64,000 bases of DNA from Podarcis vaucheri (taxonomy: Eukaryota), in assembly GCA_965113315.1 (NCBI GenBank), contig OZ220371.1. The stretch is one strand, 5' to 3'. Position 1 is the stretch's first letter, and each line of letters begins with the position of its first letter. This document shows, piece by piece, positions 1 to 12,931 of the stretch. Under the pieces are notes generated by a model that had not been told where the DNA came from, made no database searches, and worked only from the letters and a program-made list of their open reading frames with translations. The translations under genes were made by a program, and so were the position numbers.

Positions 1-679
1 TAGTATGTTTTGTGTAAAACAATGGCTAAGATGAAAAACCATTTTGCTGGGTCACAGGTAAGGATCTAACTGGTGGGAAATGTTACAATAATTCAGGTTT
101 GTCAAGGAGTTTCACATGATGCTAAGGGAAGTAGTGATCTGTCTATTATGAAAAAGCACCTGTTGCTATTATGAGTAACTAATAACTTTAAACAGCATTT
201 TTGATCACTTTTTGCCCCTAGCACCCAGTAGAATAGTGGCAAAATTAGAAGTGCAGGGTCCCTTCATGATAGTCACAGTCATACTGCCTTCCAAAATTAT
301 ACAATAATCTTTTAGTTATGCAGATCTCCATGTGTTTCATAGATCTACTATTTTCTGTGCATGTGCACCAGTGAATTATTTGCAATGTGTTTTCCTTGAA
401 GTTGTATGTAACAAAACTTGCATACTATTCTCCTGAGACTGAAGCCCCTTGTGTTTTCAGTATGCCTAAATGCTTCACTTTAGAACATACAAAACTCCTC
501 CTCTGCAGTGTTATTTCTGTGCTCCTTCTGCAGAGTAACCCTAGAAGCCAATTCTCAGTAGCTGACTCACCTCCTTTAACACTGGTTCCAATCAGCACAA
601 AGAGTGAGAAGCCTTCTCAGTGGCTAAAAAACTCCCCTTTCATGCTGCTCGGGTGGCTCAAGGATGCTGGAGGCTGGGA

Positions 680-1030
680 CAGTGGCGTAGCGTGGGGGGT
701 GCCAGGGGTGCCGGCCGCACCGGGCGCAACATTTGGGGGGGCGCGTTTGGCCGGCCCTCCTCGAGGAAGCAGGAGCCCCACTGTCCTCGGACCTCCTCCG
801 AAGGCTGGCGGTGGGGCGGAGAGACCTTCTCCCCGCGCCAGCCTTCGGATTGCTGTCCAGAAGACTTGTGGTGGGAGCAGTGGCGTAGCGTGGGGGGTGC
901 AGGGGGGCCTGCTGCACCTGGCGCAACATCTGGGGGCGCGCGGAAGAGACTCGAGTGCTAAAATCCACGGGTTAGGGGGCGCAAATTACTTGCCTTGCCC
1001 CGGGTGCTGAGAACCCACGCTACGCCACTG
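680..1030. mobile_element. hAT-superfamily non-autonomous DNA transposon (MITE), young
   Basis: Perfect 17-bp TIR CAGTGGCGTAGCGTGGG (680-696) / CCCACGCTACGCCACTG (1014-1030). Perfect 8-bp TSD GGCTGGGA (672-679, 1031-1038). GC/CpG-rich in an AT-rich background. Confidence 0.93.
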
Positions 1031-1759
1031 GGCTGGGACCCTACATAAGAAAGCTTTGCTAGCAACTTTTCCTCAGCCCTTCTGAAAAGGGTAGAATTTG
1101 AGCTTTCAGTAAATTAATGAGGCAGGCAAATGTCAATTTACACATTGTTGATGATTATCTGGAATAGGGAGTCATGGAAGACTGACAAAAAAGTTTCATT
1201 ACCCCCCCCCCGAACTGTCATTGGTGTATTTGACCCCCAGTAAAGAGATTTAAAAGATAATAAATGAACATCTGGTGATGTGCTGTAAGGCAGAGAATTG
1301 AATGAAGCTGGGGGGAAATTGATATTACCACCTAGGAATTTTCAGGGTCAAGCTAGACATGAAAGCAGCAGATCTGCTACATTTTTAAGGGCTAAATAAA
1401 GCTCCTGATACACCCTTTTGAGGACAGGGTATAGTTTTAACCCTTTCTCCATACCATTTCACTCATCTGAGTCCCCCCAGCTTCAAAACAGCAGCATTTA
1501 TAACACGGAGGGAAATATAGGAGGGTCCCTGTATGTTTTGGCCCAAGAGGCAAATAGTTCCAGCAGGGTGATTTAGATTAGGAAGTTGGCATGGTGAGAA
1601 AGAATTCTCCCATGGCTCTGATCTGAATCAAGGCTCAGCGCAGCTCCATTTAATTTTTTTTAAACCACAAGATATCTTTTGTCTTTTCCAGTCGTACCGA
1701 GTCTAGTACCTAAAATGCCATATTAGTTGCTAGGAATTTGAAATATTTTTCCACCCTCA

Positions 1760-1810
1760 AGACTAGTTTAGATTACTCTTTGGGTTCCTTCCAACCCTTA
1801 TAAGACTGTC
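1760..1810 (+). mobile_element. Degenerate CR1 LINE 3' end fragment
   Basis: GACTAG..TTGGGTTCCTTCCAACCCT resembles the conserved CR1 3' terminus (GGACTAGATGA..GGTCCCTTCCAAC). Confidence 0.45.
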
Positions 1811-3329
1811 TAGAGCTAAATTTTGAGTTTGATACATTCACTTTTTTCTGTTTGTTGGAGTCAAACTATTACCATTTATCCCACTTGGCCACACCATTTC
1901 CTTCTTCCCTTTATCTAGTCTATGTATACACTTTTTATTTTCCTCTTTGTTCCACAACCTTTTAATGTAGACAATGAAGGAGACAAAATGCAAAAACAGA
2001 ACAAATTAACGTACTAAAGAAGATCCATACTGTACCATGCTTCATCACAGCTGATATAAAGTGGGACCCTGCTGGATTGCAAAATCTTAATGCATATGGT
2101 ATATATTAAAACACTGCAACTTTTTCAGTATCCACAATCCTAAAATTAAAAAGCCACTGAGTTATGATTATGTGTACTGTCCATGACTTTGAAGTATTTT
2201 ATTTGTTAGCAATCTGGTGATCAGCAGGTCTTGATTATTTTGAACAGCATTTATGTAGCAACCATGGAGACTTGCAGTTGTACATGTTTAAACGCCCCTC
2301 GGCTATACCTCAATGAGTTTTCTCAATAGTAGCCAAGATTCCATAAATTCAGAGCTCATGAACCTTGAAAAAAGGATAAATGGGATTTGGTGAGACTAAC
2401 ATAGCAGCCACTTTTACCTTTAAAATGAAAAAGTGTGAGGGATTCATTTAAACTGGTTTTTGGGATTTACTAACTCAAAAATGAATTGTACTAGGAAGCT
2501 TTAAAAACTGAGGGCATATAGGGGTTATACGTTCTTGTTATTTTCTGAGCATTAGTATGCAGAAATATATCATTTAGGGAATAAAAAAAATCAGAGTTTA
2601 TTGAGATGTAGCCCTCCCAACTCTTTCTTCTTTCATCCCCTTTCCTTTAACGCAGTGGCACACCACACATCCAAACTAGCAAACAATGTCCAGTGTAAGT
2701 AATAGTTTGTTGCATCTAGATAAAACAGCAAATTATGTGTCAAAAATATGTGCACTTGCATGGAGCTTCAAGAGAGGTGACATGGTAGCCCCATCGAGAG
2801 CATGTGGCTAAAATTAGAAAAAGAAATAAAAACAACAGGGTTATATTGTAAAAGATGAATGTTTCGAAATGTAATAAATAATAATAAATTGATCATCATA
2901 AAGGGAGAATCCAGTCAGCTGGACTTTGATAGCTAGGAAGACAATAAAATCTACGGTATTCTAATTTGTAATCATCTTGATAACAATGTCAATTTGTAAT
3001 TGTCTTGATAACAAGCCAGTGATTAGCAGAAACCATTGTCAAGAGTGAGTCCTGCCAGTCTAATATTATTTTAAAAAAATGTTGATGGTGATAATTTAAA
3101 CTTTTTAATTGCCTTTTACAAATCATCTCAAGGTGAGGTACAAGGTTGCATATGATAATGTAAAAATACACAGAAAAGGTCAGAGATTAAAACAGAATAA
3201 AAAGCACCCATTCTAATGATCACATCAATATACAGTCAAGCAACAGACCACCTTCTTCCCAGAAAGCATGGCATGGTCACATACAATATGAAATAATCCT
3301 AAAGAAACAACCACCAGCATTCAAATACC

Positions 3330-4450
3330 TGAGAGTAAATAAGTGTTTTCACCCAGTGCCAAAATTATATCAGAGTCGGCACCAAGTGAATGTCCCTCAG
3401 GAAAGCTTCTTTGTAACTGCCATCCAAGCTGGCAATGGGAAAGCATCCTTCACCACACCTGAGGGAAGCAAGCTAGTTTAGATGATACAATCCAGGTCAT
3501 GTGGCACACATGCCTCTGTCATGCAACAGAGGAGAGCTGGGGCTGGGGCTCAGAAGGAATGGGGGCTGCTTCTGTTGCCCACCCTCATCTACTGCTTGAA
3601 CTGGCTCATTATGACATGCTAGAGCCTACTCTGCCAATCCATCTTCAAAGGCATCCCCACTGCAGCATGAGGTTTCCAGGGCATATACCACTGAATCCAG
3701 GATATATGGGCATAGGTGAGCCATTATCCAAAGCTGTTAGAAAGCACTCCAAGTCAAGGAGACCATGTAGTAGATCCATGAGTACTCTGGACCATGAAGC
3801 TGATCCTTTAAGGGGAGTGGGACCCAACCCAAACTGGCAGAATTCCATGTGTCTGAACTGAGGAATTACTTCCTCTGTTTCTGTATTGTCTGACTTTCAG
3901 TTTATTGGCGCTCATCTAGTTCTTTACTGCAGTCAGACACAAGCTCAGCATGTCCGCTGCTTTACCTATCTGAGATTTACAAGTGAAACAGAGTTGAGTG
4001 TCGTCTGCATATAGATGACAATGCACTCCAAAACTCCAGATGATAAGAATGAACTCAGTACAATCTCCATACTGGAGGTTTCATGGGCCAGGTACCTGCC
4101 AGGTACCATCTTCTGGATTAACCCACCCAGGTTGAAGCAAAATCACTGAAAAGCAGTACTTCCCACCCCCTGCTCTGACAACCTACCCAGAAGGACACCA
4201 TGATTGATATTTTTTTTCAAAACTGACAGATCTAGGATGATCAATAACAGGTCACATCCCTTCTGTCTCTTTTCCAACATAGCTCATCATACAGAGTGAT
4301 CAAGTGCTAAAGTGGAGGCGAAACTCTGATTAAAAAGGGACCAGAAAGTCATTCTGATTCAAAAGCACCTGGAGTTGGTCAACAATCACCCACTCAAAAA
4401 GCCCAGGAAGGGACTGTTGCCAACCAGCCTGCAATTATTTGTATTTAGGT
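3330..4450 (-). mobile_element. Fossil L2 LINE reverse-transcriptase region
   Basis: Minus strand 4020-3991 translates CHLYADDTQL, followed by ..CLTAVKN*MSANKLK (L2: YADDTQLY..WMRANKLKLN). Upstream remnants ILDLS..INHGVLLGRL..GVGSTAFQ*F match the L2 RT. Stops, frameshifts and deletions throughout. Confidence 0.88.
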
Positions 4451-7400
4451 TGTGAGGCTGTTAAAAACAGCTTATGAAAGCAGCACGGAGTAGCTGCCAC
4501 TTGATGAGAGAAAAAAGGAAGTAGCCTTTGCATGCATGTTTATACTATCACACCAAAGGGCTCCATTCACCTACATTATCATTATTAAACTGAGCTGTAA
4601 AAGCTCAGTTTTCTATTTTAAGTTAACTTTCAAAATATGTAAGCAGTTCAGACTTCAGGTTGCTAAGTCACAGAGGAGCAGAGTGTTGCATTCACCTGCA
4701 TTAATCACTAGGGGTCTTGTTAATAATTCTCTCAGGCGCTAAGTCTTATTTTCTACCATTGGGATCTATGAGAAAAGTGATAACATAGGCCTTCATGAAA
4801 AATAATGTGAGTAATTAATCAAAACCTTGTGAAAGGAAAGGATGGGGGTTTTGAGCATCTTGTATGCAATGCAAGTCACCTGCATTGTTCTGTATTCCAT
4901 GTGCAGGAAGAATCAAACCAGTTTAGGAAAAGTGTTTCACCGTGATAAATTTTGTCTTTAATCGTGCTTAGAAAGTTTTGTATAAGTTTATCCTCATACC
5001 AAACTATAAGAAACTCTCATAATTGCACATAATTGTGCCTGGAAAAGAATGGCAAATTAATGACTATACCATCCATTTCCCCTTACATATTTTACATGTG
5101 CTGCAAACCTGTAAATCCTGAGAAAGATACATTATCTATAATTCTCCTTGGGGTAGATTGTCTGCGGTGTGCAAGAGGAGAAGGTGAAGAGCTCCTATTA
5201 TTGCTAATAGGTGCTATTGTGGCTAATTTCAGGCACCCTGTACTAGGAACATAATAATTTGTGTGGGCTTTCTGCCATAAAAATATAACTCTATATGAGA
5301 TACAAAAGCAGTCCTATTTTCTACTGAAGTGCATTGTTGATAATATTATTTCAGTTCCCTAACATTTGGTCTGGTCTCTATTTGTTTCTTCAGAGAAACA
5401 GCAATCTGTGTGAATACCACTATAATAAAGCATGTCAACCTTTAAGTATCCTCTGTTCAAACTTGTCTTTTGTCAGTTATATGAAAATTGCTCTTCTCTT
5501 GTGGTGAATTTTTCCAGGGTTAGCATTTAGACTTTAATAGCTAATGTATAGACTTGAATGTTCTAGTGCTCCTATGAGAGGCACGTTGAAAGATAACTAT
5601 TCATAACTGTCTATCCTTTTGGGAAAGAGAGGAGGTTCCTTGGATATGCTCTTTCCTAACAAAACCAATACAATCATTTCTTTTCATAAAACGGAGGAGT
5701 AGAAAGTTACCTTACATCTGCCAGGAATAAAGCCATAGTATTTTTTTCCCTTGTTAGCATGTGCTGTATGCTTTCCTATGTATGCACTCACTTTCACAGG
5801 TCTCTGTTAAAATGTCACCTATTGTTAGTGTGGCTAGACTGCAGTTGCTACACTGAATATATTCTTAGCATCATAAAGTGGAACAAGGCATTGTATGGCA
5901 ATGGTTATTAAGGTATTTAGAAAAAAGTATTTTCTGACTTATAATCTGCAAAATGTTCCTCTGAGTAAAAGCTTTGCTGCTTGAAATCCTTGACTTCACG
6001 GGCTGAGCAAAAGACAGGTGGGTGTTAAAGGTGCACACCTTTGGCAGGAACCAAACATAATTTCTGTTAAAGTGTTCAAAAGGGTGGTTTCCAAGTGCAA
6101 AAACATATATACTGGCAACTCATCCACCTGTAAATGGTCGAAATTTATTGTGGATTTCTTATACTAGTTCAACACTAACAAAAGCAGAAAAGCGTGGTTT
6201 AAATCATTTCCTGAATTCTTGAATTTTCTTATATTGATGAGGAACAGAATATTTGTAACAATTTATAGAACCTAGGTTGCATCTTCTGGATGTTTTTATA
6301 GCATTGTACATGTGAATTAACATATCAAGTAAATCTGTTGTATACGTATTTATTATAACATGCCATGTATAGATTAAGTGTGTGTGTGTATTCAATATAA
6401 TTGAATTCAATATAAACTTTGTATATATCATGATGATAGATTTTGTAATGATAGATTTTAAAATTATTATATATAATTTTAAAATCTATCATTACAAAGT
6501 TTATATTGAATTACAGTGTGTAGTATTTTATGTCCATGGTATAGTCTTTTGCATATGCACTTCCAGTTACAGGAGAATACTTTCATTTGTATATATTTAC
6601 TCAGAAGTAAGCCATAGTAGTTTCAGTGGCCTGGATCCAGTGATGTACAAGAAGAGCACTTCTACTTGCACAATGCAGGCTTGCCAAATCCCTCCAATTT
6701 TCTTGTCTTCCTGTAAGCCTTTTCCTGGAATAGATAACAATAATGGGACACCTTCCAAGTTTAACAAAGAGAAATAGATCTTGTATGGGGGGCGGGGGAA
6801 GGTTTGCCTGTAACAATTGCAGGATAGAAATCCATCAAGAAAAGCTTTCCCAGCATGCAGTGCAGTAGAAAGCTTTTGCCTGTTTTGTCTCCTGTTGAAG
6901 GTGCAGGATGGCAGAGAAAATGTGACAACAAAAGATGCAAAGCCGTGTCAGAAGTGACTTGAGAAGCAGGAACATTTTTCATATTTATCACACAGTAGAA
7001 TTTGAAGCTGTGTTAGGACTCTATCAAATTACTCCTGACTGTGTATGAGGATGAGAAATCTACAGTTGGAAAGAGTCCTAGCCATTTGCAGTTTGGGATG
7101 AAATGGCTAAGGGCCAAACTACATACATGAATTGTGTGGCTGCACTTCACACTTCTAATTTTTTAAAAAAGCAGTTGGGGAAAATAAGATTAGTGCAGGG
7201 AGAAGTTTTAATCCCTTCTTCCCCAACTGTGGACCAGACAAAAATAAATAAATCCCACTCCTGAAACCACAACCGAGGAAGGGAAATGGCTATAGGTGGG
7301 CAATTTTCATCGGCACCACAGCCAACACATGACTTCATGTGAACATTTCTAAAGACCCTTTTCTTACAAAACAAAACAAAAACTATTTCATTTTACTGCA

Positions 7401-8021
7401 TTTCAGTTTGCAATTCCCAACAACATTACTCAAATCTAATCCTTGTTCTGAAAATCAGGTTTAACTATGCATTATAATGAAAACGGCCATTGTTAAAGTG
7501 TCACTGAATATGCATAAAAGGAGAAATGTTTTCAAAGAAACAGAAAATGTGAATCATAAAATATTGCAGGCCCAGTTTAAAAAAATACATATAAATAATA
7601 ATTTTCAACCTCTAAACAATTTTTCTCTGCTTTTCAGAACACTTATTTAAATACTGGCATAACCTGTAGTTTTTTTTAGAGGTGAAGCAAATAATTTAGA
7701 CATACATATTCATTGTTTCAGCATTGTAGCAATATTCCTTCTAAGAAGTCCCAATTAATGTTTTTGATGATGGACTTACTTTTAAACTTAGTTCTGAAGA
7801 ACAAAAATTGTGGCTTCCTAATCTGCTCTGCTATTAACATGCTATTTATATGCAAGAGGCTACTCTTTGAAAAACAAACTCTGAACCATTTTGTGTTGTG
7901 ATTTTTGTATGTGTTTTCATGTAGTCCTCTGACCTTCATTGCCTCAGGGAAATAAACTAGACAGTCTAGAAATCAAGAGTGTCAGTACCTGTGTCCTGAA
8001 GCTACTCGGTGAATATATATA

Positions 8022-8438
8022 CAAGTAACTTGCAACTTACGCTTATTTAACTTACTCAATCACAGGTCTGCAGGGGAGGGGAATAACTACCGGTAAATGG
8101 AGAGTAGTGGAAACCCAGTCTCCAGTTATTTCCCTACACACACCTGTGCAAATATTCAATTGCAGGCTTACCTGACTTTGGGAAGACTGCACAAGGGCTC
8201 TGGCAGCATCCCAGAGCTCTCCTGCCTCCTTCCCAAAGCTGGGTATTCACTTACAGGGCCTTGGAGACACAGGGCGGAGGCTTCCGGACACTGCCAGAGA
8301 CTTCATGCCACCTTCTGGAAGCCAGGTAGCCCCCCACCTTGCAGGGGGACCAGTTCTGGGGATTCCTGGCTTCATGTGTTTTTGCATATACACGTGGACC
8401 CCCGGAACCGAACCCTCACATAAGGTGTGAGTTACCTG
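8022..8438. mobile_element. Tc1/mariner-pogo (Tigger-like) MITE
   Basis: Imperfect TIRs CAAGTAACTTGCAACTTAC / ATAAGGTGTGAGTTACCTG, flanked by TA (8020-21, 8439-40). Right arm shared with the 16632-17085 element. Confidence 0.7.
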
Positions 8439-11199
8439 TATTGCAAGAACTGAGAATTGGACTGTTTGTTCAACATCCTGGGACTCTGTTGAAATAGTTT
8501 ATAACATCTGTACATTTCATGTACAATAATGACAGTTATTTTGTTCCAAGTGTCAGGTTGTGGTAAGTTTGTACTTAATGTAGAAGCTCTTTTTGTAGGA
8601 AAGAGTGGAGTGTTTGAAAAAGAAAGACTGTAACAGTCTTTCCCCTTCTATATCAGGATTTGACCCCAGGACCTATACTAGTGTGGTTTAGAACAGGCCA
8701 GTTCCTACTTAATGAAGAAGGACAGCAGGAGGCATTTTCATTCATTCTCTCCTTTGTAGCTAATTGTGGCCTAGTATCCTAGAGAGTTGTCATCCATGTT
8801 CCTTAGTCCAATATCAAAACCTGAACCAGAAGTGCAAGTGCATTGACTCAGCATACAAGGGGTTAGTGTACAAGGCAGGCCATTGTTTTTTAAAACAACA
8901 TAACTGCTAGGCTTAAAAAAAATAATGACCGTAATGAGAAGGAAGTTGGAAGTTGACGGGCAAGATGGTCAGCACTTCATGATCTTACTGCTTCTTAGTG
9001 GAAATTGAAAAAATGAGAAAGGCACTTGAATGTGTTGCTGAACAAAGACAGAAAATAGCAGGGTCAGATGCAGTTACACTTCATTAAGGTGCATTGGTAC
9101 AACAACAACAACAAAGTGCCACTTTCTTCTGGAACAAAAGAGTATATTCAGGATACACATCAGTAGCTGAAAAATTAATTCCTTGATTCAATTAATGCCA
9201 AAATAAGAAATCATAAAATGAAAAATGGGTTAATGAAAACATGCTGAAATATGTTATTATAGCAATTGTATTACAGGCTTAGAGACCTTTACCGGAGCAA
9301 ATTCTTTCATTTGTTCAGATGTTTTTCAGGGGCTTAGGTTGCTTTTATATTTTCAGAGGTCCCATTAAGATCCCACTGGGTATTGGGAAGTGGTCCAAAA
9401 ACTGCCTCACCATTTGAATTCCTAAACTCTGCATGTGTGAGTGTCTTAATGTATGAAGCTGATTGCAATACTTCAGATGTACTGTATGCAACTCTATTCC
9501 AATTTGTTTTTCAACTAAGCATTTGACATGTTACATTGTGTTAAATCCCAGTTTAATGTAAAGTGACTTCCTGTGTCCGATAAGAAACACATTTTTAAGG
9601 GAATGCCAAGTACTCTTATGTTATTTCTATTAAATTGGCAGGCAGTTCCTTCTGTATTAGAAAGATTATTTGCCAGAAAGTAGTGCTGGCTCTGTTGATG
9701 TAATAGGCATATTCTGGTATGTAATTTCATCTCTTCTAAACAGGACAGCATAGTTACATAATTGAAACTGAACATGATGTAAGCAAACATATGAACACAC
9801 TTCAGAAATGCCTAAAATATAGGGTGAATAATACCACATTCAGAAGCTCAGGAAGTTATTTTTAGAGACCTACAGTTACCTTATTAAACAAGGGGAAATG
9901 GTTTAATCTTGGGAGTAAATACTGTGAATTACATGTAATTTCCCTTAGAGCAAGATCTGTTACTTTGTCTATCAAGATTCTGCTATGTGTTTTGCACAGG
10001 TAATTCCTGACAGTTGCTTCTCTGTGCCATTAAAATATCAATGGCAGTTGGCAGTAAATGAAGGGGGAAAAAACAGAAATCCACAGAAAAGATTAGTAAT
10101 ATCTAAAAGTGGTTTAGGGTTCCTAGTGGGATTCCTCCCTCTTTTAACAACAAAGTGCACAGGGCAAGAATATGCATAGCTTACTTTGTCTTCTTATTTC
10201 TTTTGATCTGAAAGAACAATCAGATAAGGGTGATTTCTGAAGACAGTTCAGAATGAACAGATTTCAGTTGCCCCCAGTGATAACCATCATTGTCAACAGG
10301 AGGCATTCCAGGTACTGTCACTAGAGCCTTCAGTGTTCAGAGGCTGAGCATTTTATCTTTTTTATTTTTAAAAACTACTGCTGGGAACTCTCTTTATAGC
10401 CTGCACTGGCTGATGAGTATTTAGAGGATGAATAAACCTTGAAGGGGAATAAAGCCTGAGCTTCAGAGACTATCAATGAATACCAGAGGGAGAGAATAAT
10501 TTAAGGTTAAGGTGGGAAATCTCATACACAGAAAAAAGGCAAAGCCTGTGTCAAGTGGCAGAATAAATAATCTAGTGTTATGCAGGACACAAAATATCTT
10601 ATTCAGGGTTTGGTTGACATTTTTTGAACCTCTTACTTCAAATTTGAAAGGAAGAAGAAGATGGGGATTCACTGATAGAGTGATGTTTATCCACATACTT
10701 GATGCAGATTGTCAAGGGTCAGAAGAACTGAGAAGATTGAATAGAGAAGGGTGTTACTAGTCATAATAGAACACTCTTATCTTAGCTGTACCAAAGGACT
10801 TTCTTGTGCTAGGCATTCACGGTGTAATAAACTCCTCCTCACTTTGTCAAGTCCAAAGTTCTATGACACCACCATCTTTATAGTAAGAATAGTGACTAAT
10901 CTGGAATTGAGCAAGATATTGCAGTACTTATCACTTATTTTGATTTGGCATTTTTTGTTGCTAATTCTTTGCAAATCTAATAGAAATGTATAACATAAGA
11001 GATTAAATACGGGGGGGGGGGGAGTGTCAGCTCTGTATTCTTCCCAGACTGCAAGGCAAATAATGGGTGATTTGGATGACATACTCACATTCTAAAATCA
11101 GATTGTGCCATTAACAAGTTATCTTGAATGGGATACTAAATACTGTTTTGTCTGTATACTCAGGTGCCGTCAAATGCTTAACATTTAAGGCAAGTGCTA

Positions 11200-11200
<1 letters not shown>

Positions 11201-11243
<43 letters not shown>
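11201..11243. repeat. (ATT)n microsatellite
   Basis: About 14 perfect ATT units. Confidence 0.98.
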
Positions 11244-11246
<3 letters not shown>

Positions 11247-12059
11247 GTCAAGGCATGATGACCAGGAAAATGCACTATGCTTGAGTGGGGAGGAAGTGGA
11301 AAAGTGAGGGAATCTTTCATTTTGATGGACAAGTCAATTGTCAATTGAGAGATCTCTCTCACCCAGGAAAAAGAGGCTGTATCCACAAAAATACACTTGC
11401 CATCAACTACTCTTGGCGTAATAGGGTTTGTGTTGTGGGATGATGTTTACCCCATCCATCTTTCCTGGAAAATTTATCCTCTTAAAAAACACACCCTTCC
11501 CCAATGCAGACCACTGGAGTAGGGTTTGCATCCCTAAAAATTCCTAGTTTGAGGGAGAAGTAGAATTTTTCTCCCTCTGCTTGTCAAATTATCAATCTAA
11601 TGATTAGGAGGGGCGATTTGCATTCTCATTCAGGGTGCTGGGTTGAGGAGAGAAATTTAAGCCCCCACTGTGCTGTGGTGTTTTGCTTTGTTTTGGGTTT
11701 TTGTTACTGGCAGCACCAGAATTGGTGTATTTCCAGGGGCCAAAAAAAATGGCTTGCAGATGTGGTTCAGGCCCCTGGGCTAGGGTTTAGCCAACCCTGT
11801 CTAAAGACTGCAATGGAAAGTCAAATGCCAAGCAAAATCAGCTCTTCTTGTAAATGGGATAATGTGGACCAGGGTAAGAAATAGAATATAGTTTAACAAG
11901 CACTCAGGACATTTTGGTGGAGGTGAAGTGATTGCCTCCATGCAGTCTCTCGGTGCTAAGGCAGCTGTGAATGGCTGAAGGAATCTTTGGGACCATTTGG
12001 TCTCCGGGTACCCAGCATTGCTTTGTCTCTGGGGCTGGCAGAATATTTAAGCATTTAAG

Positions 12060-12113
12060 CACAATACTGAGAGGTCCATTGGTGTGACTCAGTATAAAGC
12101 AGCTCCTTATGTT
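12060..12113 (+). mobile_element. Squam3-like SINE 3' end fragment
   Basis: ACAATACTGAG..GGTGTGACTCAGTATAAAGCAGCTCCTTATGTT resembles the squamate Squam3 3' end and the 37179-37296 copy. Confidence 0.6.
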
Positions 12114-12146
12114 ATAAAGATTGTATTGAGGGAGGTTTGTAGGATT

Positions 12147-12931
12147 TTTTGTTGTTGGCATCTGTCTGTCTCAAGAGACAATGGAGTGTGCCTCGGGAGG
12201 TGAAGTCAAACCGCTGGGAAATCACGGCACCTGGTGTTACATCAGAGATGGTAACTCATAGTTGCTGCCTCCCGCATTGTTTTTTGCTGAAAGCAGCACC
12301 GAAGTGATATCTCTGGGGTGCAAGCCTGGACCGTGTGTATGGAGGTCCTGGGCTGCCCAGATGACAATATCTCCCTCTCGTCCTCACTGATGTGGTCCAA
12401 AAGAAAGCAGACCAAATACATTTTGTAGCAGCTTGGCTGCAGGAGTTGCCGGAAGGACGTGTACAAGAAGGCATCCAACAGCCTCCGGATTTGTGTAGGG
12501 TTTACTCTTTAGCTTTTTCTTCTCCCAGAGATGTTCCCATGGGGTTTACTCCTGAAGCTGGTGGGGTTTATGCCATATGGTGTGTTAGAGGAGGGGTAGT
12601 ACCTCTGGTGTGGAGGAAGTCATGCTGCTTCTGGAGTAGTTTGTCCACCTTTGATCCTCATCCTGCACTCCACATGTGACAACAACCACATCCCAGCTTC
12701 AAATGGCCAGCTAAACCAGATGAGGGTAGCCAATGGATCTCAGACCCTCCGTGAGTTAGGAACTTTCATTGCATGCAAAGATAGGCTCTGGTGGATTGAG
12801 CGACGAGACTAGTAGTGAGTCCAGCAATAAAGAAGGGAAGTGAGGAGCAGATGGGGCTTGTCAACCTGGGAAGGTAGCCCATCTAGGTGGAGGAAAGATC
12901 TGATCCTAAAATTCTACTGCCTTGTGGCCTG
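12147..12931 (-). mobile_element. Non-autonomous RTE-derived retroelement, copy 1, with inverted 5' half
   Basis: 3' half (12147-~12540) on minus with RTE-type end CTCCATTGTCTCTTGAGACAGACAGATGCCAACAAC. 5' half (12563-12927) on plus. Homologous to 19442-20120 and 48383-48890. 8-bp TSD GTAGGATT (12139-12146, 12932-12939). Confidence 0.85.

Noticed and set aside
387-1010. 207-aa ORF and overlapping ORFs
   Set aside because: It is open only because it runs through the GC-rich hAT MITE. Non-ATG start and no protein motif.
2963-3015. Short tandem duplications (also ~41634-41668 and ~18608-18632)
   Set aside because: Two-unit slippage duplications with no spacers. Not CRISPR-like or otherwise informative.
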